Source: Candidatus Pacearchaeota archaeon
GTDB taxonomy: Archaea; Nanobdellota; Nanobdellia; Pacearchaeales; GW2011-AR1
Direction of reading: 5' to 3'
NCBI GenBank assembly: GCA_017609745.1
Contig: JAFCDK010000001.1
Location: forward strand, 1 to 56,829
Length of the DNA: 56,829 nucleotides
Position numbers and translations under genes: made by a program. The stretch's first letter is position 1, and every line of letters begins with the position of its first letter. Below are positions 1 to 9,330 of the stretch, one piece after another. The notes beneath the pieces were generated by a model. It searched no databases. It was not told the origin of the DNA and saw only the letters and a list, made by a program, of their open reading frames with translations.

Positions 1-87
1 AATTAAATAAACTTTGGATTATATTTATATAAATGTTAATTAGTAAACTTCTTAAGCTACAAATCCTTTTTTCTTATAATAAAAATA

Positions 88-486
88 ATGGATTTCAAAA
101 ATTGGAAAAAAGAATTTGCACGCGACACACTTGCACTTGGAAGCATACCAATGTTTATTATTGTTGCAGCCCGCTCAAGTCTCGGCCAGTACATGAATTT
201 CACTTATCAAATTCTGCTCGCTGGTTTTATATTATTCTTATTTTTCTTAATTTCTAAATCTCTCTCCCCACAACTTCATTTAGCAAGAGCAATTATTTTA
301 GTTATTTTCACAAGTTTATTTTATTACCAAAAAATCTACACAATTTTCGCATCTGTATTACTGCTCTTAATTTTGGGTTCTCTTATTTATTTAAAATATG
401 AGACAAAGAAAATAATTTTAGGAATTCTCTTTGGCTTAGCAAGTTCTGGGGCAAGTTATTATTTAATTAGATTAATTGGTTTGTAG
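88..486 (+). CDS. small polytopic membrane protein, unknown function
   Basis: 132-aa ORF with about 4 hydrophobic helices (IPMFIIVAA, ILLAGFILFLFFLI, IFASVLLLLILGSLIYL, ILGILFGLASSGA). No family motif recognised. Confidence 0.4.
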   Translation: MDFKNWKKEFARDTLALGSIPMFIIVAARSSLGQYMNFTYQILLAGFILFLFFLISKSLSPQLHLARAIILVIFTSLFYYQKIYTIFASVLLLLILGSLIYLKYETKKIILGILFGLASSGASYYLIRLIGL

Positions 487-654
487 AATACTCTCTCGCT
501 CTACTCTCTTATTAATTAAATAAACTAATAATTAAATCGGTCAAGCCCCTCTAAAATCTTAGCCCATATTTTACTGATTTTATATTATTAACTATTAACA
601 AATTTGGTGAATTCTTATAGATCTCTAAAGCCCTAAAAAATAACCACAACACCT

Positions 655-3600
655 TCAAAACCACCTCTTTAATTCTTCTTGCTGTTCTTTTTCTTTGCCA
701 AAAATACTTTCTACATATTTTTTAGCAAGATCAAGACTCTGAATTAAATAAGGAGAAACTTCATATTTTGCTGCTAATTCTAAAGCTGGTTTAAGATATT
801 TTATAATACTTCCTTCTGAAATTGTAAAAATTATATTTCCTCCACAAATACTGCATCGTCCTTCAAGAGGCGGCCTCCTGTATTTTGTATTACATTTACT
901 ACATCTAAATTGCTGCATAGAAAACTTTCTTAAATTTCCTCTTATATCTCTAATAAAATGTCTCTCTATAATTAGGCGCGCAACATCTGCTGTATAAACT
1001 GCTCTGATTTTTTCAACAAGTTCCATTTGTCTCTGAACTTTTTCCTGCATTGTAGGAAGGATTTTATAAGAAGAGCACAAAACTCCAGCATTTATGTTGC
1101 TTGTTTCATATTCATAATATAAATTTTTAAAAGCTGGAAGACTTTTAGATACTCTATGACCAATTAAATCTAATTTATCACTAAAGGTTGCAGAATGTTC
1201 TCTTTTTTCAGTAGATTCATAAAATTCCAAAGGTAATTCTTTAAAAACATCAAAATCAAAAATCTGATCATCAACTTCTCCGGGATTTAATTTCATATTT
1301 AAAACTAATGGGGCATCTTGGGTTGCTCCCCTATGGCCCGGCAAATATTCTCTTGAAAAATTTATTAAACAATCCAATAAAAGTATAAATGCTGCTTCAT
1401 CTCCATCACAGTCACGCCGCATACCAGCATGCATAAAGGGAGAAGCAAACATAGCCTGAACTTTGCTAAATCCAATTATCCTTCCAATAACTCCAGCAGC
1501 ATTATGGGGCGCCATGCAAACAACTAAATGGCCTATTAAATCTTCCTTTTTTTTAACATTATAGAACGGTCTTAGATTATAATATTTTATTAAAAGCTCG
1601 TCAACAAAATTACAAATTCTTATAAATACACTATCAGCCCCTTCATCCAAAGCAACAGGGCAAGCAGGAAATAAAATATCGTGGGGTAAAAGTTCTAAAA
1701 TCTGATTTTCAGTTTTTAATTCTTTCCCTTCAATATCTTTTGTATATCCAAGTTCTTTTAATTTTTCGATGCTTGTTCCAATTTCAATTGCTTTAAAATG
1801 AGTTATTGGCAATTCTGTAGCATCATATCTAATTGTCCCATCTTTATTTACATTTAAATCAAAAAAAGCTCTTAAAAAACCTTTGCTCAAATTTTCAGGT
1901 ACATGGTCTTTAGAACTAGTCCCTCTAACACCTTTAACAAGTTCTGGAATCTCTAAACCAGAAATATTCAAATTTTTAATTGCAGTATCTGCATAATGTT
2001 TAATATCTATTCTTCTATTTGAAAATTTCTTTGCTTTTGCATGATGTGGACAGGTTTCTGTAGAAAAAGTCTGGTGGCATTCAGAACAAAAATTCATTCT
2101 TCTACATTCACTACCACAAGTTTCGCAAATAAAATAGATTGTTTCTTTTTTACAAACATCACAAAAATAAATTGGAAAATCTGCTTTCACAGTTCCAACT
2201 TCTATAGCAGCATTTACACTTCTAAATCTCCCTCCCTCTTCACCAACAGGAAACAAAACATTTGGGCTACCAGTTAATTTTCTTAACTTAGCTTTTTCAG
2301 GCCTGCCCATTCTCGCACCAATAAAGGTTCCTGCTTTATCTTTAATTTCAAAATCACATAAATCATTAATAATTTCTAAAACTTTTCCAGCATTATTTCT
2401 TTTTTTTAATAACTTTTCTATTTCACCAACATCTTGTTCAAGAAAATAGGATTTTTTATATTCTAAATTAAAATCAAATCCCAAATTGCACAAAAATGCT
2501 TTGCTATTTTCTTCATTTAACACAACATTTTCAATAACGACTTCATGTTCTACACCAAGTAGTTCCAATGCTCTTTTTCCTTTAGCAAATCGTTCTTGTT
2601 CTGTTTTATTAAATGGAAAAATAAGTTTTTTATCAATTCTAGAATGACTCAACCAATCAATTAATGCGAGAAAATCTTCATAAGAAATTTGGGTCCAATA
2701 ATAAATATAATCAGGATGTAAAGGAATTTCAAACTTTTTACTTAATTTAATTGCTTTCTCAAAACCAACATCGTAAATTTCTTTTTTACTAATTGGGATT
2801 TCAATATTTTTTTCCTGAGCAGAGGTTTTCAAATGCTGATACCAATATTGTTCAATATACGCCTGAGGTTCTAAATGCTGGTTTCTATTTAAAAAATCAG
2901 CATAAGGTATTAAAATATCTCCAAGATAAATAATTTCTTTAACATCTTTGTATAATTGATTTGCTTTATCAGTATCATTTAATTTTAAAACATTACCATT
3001 ATTTAATTTTACAATCGGTCCGTCAATTGAATCACAGCAAGAAACAGCACAGCCTTTTGTAGGTTTTTCTATTTTAAGTTGAGTACCGTTTGCAATAAAA
3101 CCATTTGTTATAATCATTGTTGCTGGATGAATAGACATTGCAGAAAAACCATTCGTCCTCGTTCTGCCATATCTTAATCTAAAACTTCCACTCATAGAGG
3201 GATGTCCAAAAACAGGTCTGCCAGCAACTAAGTCTTTAATATAAGTTGCAGTAGAATCTTCTTTTTTCTTTTGTTCATCCCATTTTTTCTTTAAAGAAAC
3301 ATATTCTTTTAAAAAATCCCAATCAGGAAATTCAAATCCTTGTTTCTTTAATTTTTCAATAAACCTCAAAACTTTTGGAGCTTTTTGAGCAAGAGATTCA
3401 CTCAAAACCAAACACATGCCATTTCTAATAAAATTAGTTTCTATCCTCGGCAAATCTTTATAATTACTTACTTCTCTTACTTCAGAAGCGAATCCATCAA
3501 TTTGAATCGGCAGATGTTTTAATAAAAATTCTAATTCCTGTTCTGAAGCTAAATACTGCAAATTAGTAATTCTTTCATGATAATCATATACCTCCATTAT

Positions 3601-4161
3601 TTCTCTTTTAATTTCAATATCTGTTGGGTCATATTTAGCATAACCAAATTTATATCTTAAATAATCAATAACAACCAAGATAAAAGCTCCAGCAGTTGTT
3701 CCTGCAGCTCTTATAGGACCAGAAAAATAAACACAAAAATAGTCTTTCCCTTCCATAGTTTTTTTAAGTTCATAATGTGTAAATCCTTCAAGAGGAGGCA
3801 CAACAACTCCGAGAGTATAATATGCAAAAGCGAGCCTTATTCCTGCATCAATTGCTTCCTGTAAATTTTTAAATTTACAAAATTTTTCTTTTGCAACTTC
3901 TTCTGCAATTATAAGACAAACAGCAGGATCTAATTTCCCATATTTTTTTTCTAATTGTAAAATCCTATTTACAATTCGTTTATCTTTTATTTGGGGATAT
4001 TTAACAGAAATTAATGCAAGTGCTCTTTCAGCAAGAGAAACAGCAAGAGGAATTTCTACATTTGATTTTGGATCAAGCCCCTTACTTCTAGCTTCTTCAG
4101 CTACACTATAAACAGTTCTAACTTTTGTTTCAATTTCTTTAAAATATTTTTCAATTTGCAT
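655..4161 (-). CDS. polC: DNA polymerase II (family D) large catalytic subunit DP2
   Basis: 1168-aa ORF. Clustered Cys zinc modules (CDVCKKET..CETCGSEC..CSECH; C-terminal CSKCNTKYRRPPLEGRCSICGG). Length and synteny with DP1 and Orc1/Cdc6 are typical of archaeal PolD. No intein-sized insertion. Confidence 0.9.
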   Translation of the reverse strand: MQIEKYFKEIETKVRTVYSVAEEARSKGLDPKSNVEIPLAVSLAERALALISVKYPQIKDKRIVNRILQLEKKYGKLDPAVCLIIAEEVAKEKFCKFKNLQEAIDAGIRLAFAYYTLGVVVPPLEGFTHYELKKTMEGKDYFCVYFSGPIRAAGTTAGAFILVVIDYLRYKFGYAKYDPTDIEIKREIMEVYDYHERITNLQYLASEQELEFLLKHLPIQIDGFASEVREVSNYKDLPRIETNFIRNGMCLVLSESLAQKAPKVLRFIEKLKKQGFEFPDWDFLKEYVSLKKKWDEQKKKEDSTATYIKDLVAGRPVFGHPSMSGSFRLRYGRTRTNGFSAMSIHPATMIITNGFIANGTQLKIEKPTKGCAVSCCDSIDGPIVKLNNGNVLKLNDTDKANQLYKDVKEIIYLGDILIPYADFLNRNQHLEPQAYIEQYWYQHLKTSAQEKNIEIPISKKEIYDVGFEKAIKLSKKFEIPLHPDYIYYWTQISYEDFLALIDWLSHSRIDKKLIFPFNKTEQERFAKGKRALELLGVEHEVVIENVVLNEENSKAFLCNLGFDFNLEYKKSYFLEQDVGEIEKLLKKRNNAGKVLEIINDLCDFEIKDKAGTFIGARMGRPEKAKLRKLTGSPNVLFPVGEEGGRFRSVNAAIEVGTVKADFPIYFCDVCKKETIYFICETCGSECRRMNFCSECHQTFSTETCPHHAKAKKFSNRRIDIKHYADTAIKNLNISGLEIPELVKGVRGTSSKDHVPENLSKGFLRAFFDLNVNKDGTIRYDATELPITHFKAIEIGTSIEKLKELGYTKDIEGKELKTENQILELLPHDILFPACPVALDEGADSVFIRICNFVDELLIKYYNLRPFYNVKKKEDLIGHLVVCMAPHNAAGVIGRIIGFSKVQAMFASPFMHAGMRRDCDGDEAAFILLLDCLINFSREYLPGHRGATQDAPLVLNMKLNPGEVDDQIFDFDVFKELPLEFYESTEKREHSATFSDKLDLIGHRVSKSLPAFKNLYYEYETSNINAGVLCSSYKILPTMQEKVQRQMELVEKIRAVYTADVARLIIERHFIRDIRGNLRKFSMQQFRCSKCNTKYRRPPLEGRCSICGGNIIFTISEGSIIKYLKPALELAAKYEVSPYLIQSLDLAKKYVESIFGKEKEQQEELKRWF

Positions 4162-4603
4162 TTTTTGAGTCTTTTAAACCAAATTTATTGATTAAAAATT
4201 GTTCAAGAGTTTTCCATGAATTAAAAATTTGAGTTGAATGGTATTTTATCCATGGGTGATTAGTATGATTATTTAAAACAAGACTATAAACTAATTTTTT
4301 AAAAAGTTTTGCATAAACCATTTCTTGAAGAGTTCCAACAGTAACGATTTTATTAAAATTTCCCAAAATATAAACTCCTCCAGAAGATTTTTTTATTTTA
4401 TCTAGATCACTTTCTACTATTTCATTATAATCTAGATTAACATATCTCTCAATTTCTCCTCTATCAAATTTTATAATATCCTCACGAGGAGGGTCATAGA
4501 ACGGGTTAATTAAAGAAATATTGATTTTCTTTTCTATAGAAATCTCCCATTTCCTAACTTGTCTTCTCATATCAAACGGATGCCCTAGATATAATTCTAT
4601 CAT
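4151..4603 (-). CDS. hypothetical protein, weak nucleoside 2-deoxyribosyltransferase-like pattern
   Basis: 150-aa ORF wedged between DP1 and DP2, with its stop overlapping the DP2 start by 11 nt. N-terminal LYLGHPF and later GGVYILG...VTVGTLQEMVYA resemble the (Y/F)LAGPF ... G(T/S)xxExGxA pattern of NDT/Rcl-like folds. Motif memory only. Confidence 0.3.
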   Translation of the reverse strand: MIELYLGHPFDMRRQVRKWEISIEKKINISLINPFYDPPREDIIKFDRGEIERYVNLDYNEIVESDLDKIKKSSGGVYILGNFNKIVTVGTLQEMVYAKLFKKLVYSLVLNNHTNHPWIKYHSTQIFNSWKTLEQFLINKFGLKDSKNAN

Positions 4604-4639
4604 TTTATTTTTCTCTTCTTTTTATTATGAATTTTTAAC

Positions 4640-6214
4640 TCAACTAAAGTCCATAATTTTTATTTCGCGAGTTTTTAAATTAAAAATAGGAACTTTACAG
4701 GGATCTGGATTATTTCCAACTTTTTCTTCAAAGGGAGTTATTGACTGCCAGCATGATGAAGCAATCATAAGAACATTATTATAAACATCTACATCGGGTC
4801 TATGAAGATCCCCTGTTGCAATTATATCTGGAACTTCTCTAATTAATAATGGATCTTTTTCAAAAGGAACATAATTTGCTGTTGAATGCATTGGAGAAAG
4901 ATGTCTCCTCTTTAAAAGATGTTTTACAATTTTAGTAGGAAAATCATTAGCCTTAGATAACCGCAATTCTTCAATCTCATTAACAAAACTATGCATACTA
5001 GCACCATGATACATCAAAATTTTGAATTTTTCTTCAGAATTTCTTCCTTGACCAATTTCAATAAATGCAGGATTTGAAACTAAATGCAAATTTTTTAAAT
5101 TATATAATGGTTCAGCAAAATCTTTTCCAATAACTGGTTGAGGTTCTGTAACTCTTACTCCATCATGCTGACCAGGACATAAAAAAATCTGAATATCCTT
5201 CCTAACCATGCTAAGAATCTCTGCTAATTTCTCATATTGTTTACATATATCCTTAATATTCAAAAAATTTTCTTGTGCAGGAAAAATCCCCACACCATCA
5301 ACAGAATCCCCAGTAACAAAAAGATATTTTATTTTCAATGCCTCCTGTCTTTGTCTTTTATCGCCGTGTTTTCCACTTAACCATTTAATAAATTTCATTA
5401 AATTTTCCTCCAAAAACCTATTACTCCCTATATGAAAATCAGAAGTAAATGCTGCAGCCTCATCAATTCTTGATTTTTTCTTTAAACTTAAAAAACAATC
5501 TGGGTAAACTATATCATTTGCAAAAAGAATGTCTCTTGACCCTGAAGCCCGCACACCAATTGTATCGTCTAATAATAACCCTTTTGCTTTCTCAAAAATT
5601 TCGGGTTTATTTTGATTTACAATCACATTTATTTTGCCAGTCATATCCTCTATTTCAAGGAAAATATTTTTGTTTTTAGTTATTCTTTTGTTTGAAACAA
5701 GCCCAATAATAGAAATCCCTTGTCTACTTCCTGCTAATTTATTTATTGATACAAGATTCTGTAATTCTGATTTTTCTTGTAAAATTTTTTTTAAAAAGTC
5801 AAACCTTCCTCGAAAGTATTTTATAAAATCCTGCACACAAAGTTTTTTAGAAGGAATCTGATAAGAAGTTAAAATTTTAAAATTTTCAAATTCTTTAAGC
5901 TTTATTTCTTTTTCTATTTCTTGAATAGGTGCAATTTTTTGTTTAGTAATTTCAATACTCAACCCAAGATTTATAAAAAATTTCTCAATATCCTCTTTTC
6001 CTCCAGCACTATCTTCTAAAATTGATTTTACTTTTATTATGTTTTTAGTTAAAAAAGATTTTGTTATAATCTTTTCTTTACACTCATTTTCAATTCTCTT
6101 AAGAATAGTCTCAGCCAGATCTAAATTATCCAATTTTTCTATAACTCCAAGTACCTCTTTATCTAAAAGCAATCCTTTTTTCACACAAAAATTCAAAATT
6201 TCCTTCTTTAACAT
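4640..6214 (-). CDS. polB: DNA polymerase II (family D) small subunit DP1 (Mre11-like phosphoesterase/exonuclease)
   Basis: 524-aa ORF. Calcineurin-like phosphoesterase motifs (FTSDFHIGS, VTGDSVDG, CPGQHD, MYHGASMH, ATGDLHRP). Adjacent to DP2. Confidence 0.88.
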   Translation of the reverse strand: MLKKEILNFCVKKGLLLDKEVLGVIEKLDNLDLAETILKRIENECKEKIITKSFLTKNIIKVKSILEDSAGGKEDIEKFFINLGLSIEITKQKIAPIQEIEKEIKLKEFENFKILTSYQIPSKKLCVQDFIKYFRGRFDFLKKILQEKSELQNLVSINKLAGSRQGISIIGLVSNKRITKNKNIFLEIEDMTGKINVIVNQNKPEIFEKAKGLLLDDTIGVRASGSRDILFANDIVYPDCFLSLKKKSRIDEAAAFTSDFHIGSNRFLEENLMKFIKWLSGKHGDKRQRQEALKIKYLFVTGDSVDGVGIFPAQENFLNIKDICKQYEKLAEILSMVRKDIQIFLCPGQHDGVRVTEPQPVIGKDFAEPLYNLKNLHLVSNPAFIEIGQGRNSEEKFKILMYHGASMHSFVNEIEELRLSKANDFPTKIVKHLLKRRHLSPMHSTANYVPFEKDPLLIREVPDIIATGDLHRPDVDVYNNVLMIASSCWQSITPFEEKVGNNPDPCKVPIFNLKTREIKIMDFS

Positions 6215-6281
6215 TTATTATAGCCTCTTTTAAATTTTTTTAAACCTCTTAAGTCTCCCCAATATAAATTTTCTTTTTAAC

Positions 6282-7538
6282 TCATAGATTTAAAGATTCA
6301 TATAAAATTTTTTTTGATTTATCTAAAAGATGGATAGGAATTGCAAGCCTTATTGCCCTTGTTCGCCCCTGTCTTCCTTTAGAAATTACCCTTGCATTGA
6401 TTAACCCAAGCATATCGAATTCAGCTAAAATATCAGAAACTCTTCGCGGTGTTAAAACATCTGTTCCTGTTCTTTGGCAAAGATTCTGATAGGTAGTGTA
6501 AATTTCTCCTGTAAAAATTTCAATCCCTTCTTTATTTCTTTTTTTTAATTCATTTAATTTAATTATTGCAAGTAAAACAAATTGAAATTGTTTTGGTTCT
6601 GTTTCTATAATATCTAAAATTTTGTCCCTTTCTATTTTATCATTTGCAAAATCTATGTGTTTTAATTGTATTTTTTTATCTTGTTGTCTTTCTGCTAATT
6701 CTCCTGAAACTCTTAAAAGATCGAGGGCTCGGCGTGCATCACCATGTTCTCTTGCAGCAAAAGCAGCACATTTTGAAATTACACCATCACTTATAACCCC
6801 TTTTTTAAACGCCTTTGATGCCCTATTTTTTAAAATGTTTTGAAGTTGTAAAGCATTATAAGGTGGAAAAACAACTTCTTCCTCACCAAGAGAACTTCTA
6901 ACTCGTGGATCAATATTATCTAAAAAAGTTAAATCATTACTTATTCCCACAATAGAAATTTGGGCATTGCTTAACTCTGAATTTAATCTTGTCAAATTAT
7001 AAAGAAGATTATCAGACATTTTTTTTACTGTTTGGTCAATTTCATCAAAAATCAAAATTAAAAATTGTTTTTTCTCGTCAATTGTATCTATAAATTTAGA
7101 ATAAACATAATCTGTAGGCAACCCAGTTACAGGAACTTTGGATCCCAATTTTCTAATAAGTTCTGCAAGAATTCTATATTCAGTATCAGCAACTTTTTTT
7201 AATTTACAATTAATATATTTTATTCTCAAATTTTTTAATTCATGTTCCCTGTTAGTTTCTTTTTTTGAATCATTTTTTTCTAGCAATTCTTTCCGCTTTA
7301 ACATTATATTCCGTACATATTGAACAGAAAGAGTTTTTCCTGTACCTGTTTTCCCATAACAAAAAAGATTGCTAGTCCTCTCACCCCTAAGTGCTGGGGC
7401 TAATATTCTTGCTATTTGTTCTATTTGTTCATCCCTATGGGGAATAGTTTCAGGAGAATAATTTGCTTGTAAAACAAATTTATCTTTAAATAAACTATTT
7501 CCAATAAACGAATCAAACAATTTATTTAACTTAACCAT
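6282..7538 (-). CDS. cdc6: Orc1/Cdc6 replication initiator (AAA+ with C-terminal winged helix)
   Basis: 418 aa. Walker A GKTGTGKT, Walker B LILIFDEID, sensor region GISND, and C-terminal wH (GRQGRTRAIRL) typical of archaeal Orc1/Cdc6. Confidence 0.9.
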   Translation of the reverse strand: MVKLNKLFDSFIGNSLFKDKFVLQANYSPETIPHRDEQIEQIARILAPALRGERTSNLFCYGKTGTGKTLSVQYVRNIMLKRKELLEKNDSKKETNREHELKNLRIKYINCKLKKVADTEYRILAELIRKLGSKVPVTGLPTDYVYSKFIDTIDEKKQFLILIFDEIDQTVKKMSDNLLYNLTRLNSELSNAQISIVGISNDLTFLDNIDPRVRSSLGEEEVVFPPYNALQLQNILKNRASKAFKKGVISDGVISKCAAFAAREHGDARRALDLLRVSGELAERQQDKKIQLKHIDFANDKIERDKILDIIETEPKQFQFVLLAIIKLNELKKRNKEGIEIFTGEIYTTYQNLCQRTGTDVLTPRRVSDILAEFDMLGLINARVISKGRQGRTRAIRLAIPIHLLDKSKKILYESLNL

Positions 7539-8105
7539 TTTAAACTAAACAATTTTTAATATAACTAACTTAATTTAATATTTCAGCTAATTAATTTAGA
7601 CCACTTTTTTAATTTAACTATTTCAAATTTTCTAAATTTTCAATACTTTTTTAATGATTTTTAATAATCTATTTTTTAACTCCCTTTTTAATAATTTCTA
7701 ATAACTTAAAATACATAATTTTCAAACAAGTTTTTTATATAAATATTTATGTCTTTCAAAATATGAATAAAAAGATTTTTCGTAATTTTGAAGAGACACC
7801 ATAGTTTCCTATGGAAAGAAAAAATAGAAAAAATTAATAATCCCTCCGTCGTTAAAAGGCAAATAAGATATATAATATATATAATATATAATATAAATAT
7901 TTATAAATAATAAATAATAAATAAAAATCTTAAATCTTATTTATAAATGTTTCCAAGAGAAATTAAGGGGTGAGGAAAATTTATCATTTCTTATTAAATT
8001 TCCACTATAATTTACCAAAATACCTTATTTTACTATTATAATCTCTTTTCAAAATCTTTTTTATATTATAGAAAACTTTATATATCATTCCTATTTAAAA
8101 TCAAT
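7539..8105. other. candidate chromosomal replication origin (oriC) region
   Basis: 567-bp gene-free spacer upstream of cdc6. A near-pure A/T block at 7861..7948 is bracketed by inverted TTT(G/C)C..G-string units (reverse strand of 7842..7866; plus strand 7949..7975). Further TTTCC dyads at 7805..7817 and 7999..8009. Confidence 0.5.
7861..7948. repeat. A/T-only block with ATATAATAT and AATAAAT iterations (candidate duplex unwinding element)
   Basis: Direct reading: atataatatatataatatataatataaatatttataaataataaataataaataaaaatc... with only isolated G/C. Confidence 0.55.
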
Positions 8106-8363
8106 ATGGCTGATAAAAAACCATTAAGAGAATTTTTTGGGAGATTAGTAGTTACAAAAGAAGGTAAAAGGCTGGGGGTGGCAAAGGATATTATATTTGA
8201 AACAAAATCTGGAGAATTAATTCAATTAGTTCTCAAAGATACTACTCCCTATACACGAAATCTTAATATAGAGAAAACTAATCAAGGTGAACTTCTAATA
8301 CCCTACAATGCAATAATTGCAATAGGAGATTTTATTGTTGTTTCTGAAGAAGATTTAATTTAA
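8106..8363 (+). CDS. PRC-barrel domain protein
   Basis: 85 aa. Pattern GRLVVTKEGKRLGVAKDIIFETKSGELIQLVL ... IPYNAIIAIGDFIVV is typical of small archaeal PRC-barrel proteins. Confidence 0.6.
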   Translation: MADKKPLREFFGRLVVTKEGKRLGVAKDIIFETKSGELIQLVLKDTTPYTRNLNIEKTNQGELLIPYNAIIAIGDFIVVSEEDLI

Positions 8364-8445
8364 TCTAAATAACTCATAATATTTTAACAAAAATTAGATA
8401 TCTAAACATAATAAACTTTAAAAACACAACATCTTTTTTATATTA

Positions 8446-8883
8446 ATGGAGATAGTTGGTTTTCAATTTAATAAAATAAATATTGAAAGATTTAAAGAGA
8501 TTAAAGGACAATTAAAAATCGATTCCAATATTCAAATTGATTCAATAGAAAAAGAGAAAATAGAATTATTTGGGGAGAAACCAACTTTAAAATTCTTTTT
8601 TACTAACACAATAAATTATAATCCAGATAAATTTGCGGAAATTATTTTTAAAGGAGAGATTACAACCTTATTAGAAGAAAAACAAAACATAGAAATTTTA
8701 AAGAATTGGAAAAAAAAGAAAATCGACGATCAAATTAGATTTCGTTTATTCAATTTTATTCTTAATAGATGTAGTTTAAAAGCTCTTCAATTAGAACAGG
8801 ACCTAAATATCCCATTACATATCCCTTTGCCAAGGATTAATCCAGATCAACAAAACCAAAACACAAGAGATTATGTTAGATAG
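8446..8883 (+). CDS. hypothetical protein
   Basis: 145-aa ORF. TATA-like ctttaaaaa lies about 26 nt upstream of the ATG. No confident family assignment. Confidence 0.4.
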   Translation: MEIVGFQFNKINIERFKEIKGQLKIDSNIQIDSIEKEKIELFGEKPTLKFFFTNTINYNPDKFAEIIFKGEITTLLEEKQNIEILKNWKKKKIDDQIRFRLFNFILNRCSLKALQLEQDLNIPLHIPLPRINPDQQNQNTRDYVR

Positions 8884-8930
8884 AATATTTTCTAAACCAA
8901 AACCTTATTAATCTTTTCATATAATATATT

Positions 8931-9248
8931 ATGCTTAGAGCGCACAATATGAAAATTTCACAACAAAAAAGAAATAAAATTTATGAACAAATTCTCGCAT
9001 TACTATATTCAAAATCACCCCAATCAATCTTTACAGCAGAGATTGCAAGAGAAATAGCAAGAGATGAAGAATTTATCAAAAATTTACTTCAAGAAATGAA
9101 TAAACTACAATTAGTTATTTCAATAAAACAAAATCCTAAAGGTGTTCAATATAAACGAAGAACTCGTTGGAGAATAAGTAACAAAGCATATAAAGCCTAT
9201 AATCAACAACAGGAACTTATTAGCTCTAATTATACTACCAATAATTAA
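8931..9248 (+). CDS. small winged-helix DNA-binding protein (putative)
   Basis: 105 aa. IYEQILALLYSKSPQSIFTAEIAREIARDEEFIKNLLQEMNKLQLV..GVQYKRRTRWRI fits a wHTH layout. The start may be the internal Met at 8949. Confidence 0.4.
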   Translation: MLRAHNMKISQQKRNKIYEQILALLYSKSPQSIFTAEIAREIARDEEFIKNLLQEMNKLQLVISIKQNPKGVQYKRRTRWRISNKAYKAYNQQQELISSNYTTNN

Positions 9249-9330
9249 ATAATAATTTTTAATAAATGTTAATAAAATCATTCCAATAAAACATAAAAAT
9301 CTTTAAATAAATTAATCCCCTTTAGATTTC

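Noticed and set aside
33-257. 74-aa ORF at the window start
   Set aside because: It overlaps the longer membrane-protein ORF 88..486 in another frame and has no motif.
655-4161. Intein or other insertion in the PolD large subunit
   Set aside because: The length (1168 aa) is normal for DP2, and no intein block motifs or large non-homologous insert are evident.
8446-8883. Resemblance of the 145-aa protein to SecB-like chaperones (C-terminal ..FNFILNRCSLKALQLEQDLNIPLHIPLPRIN)
   Set aside because: It rests only on a loose pattern resemblance from memory and cannot be supported without a profile search. It is left as hypothetical.
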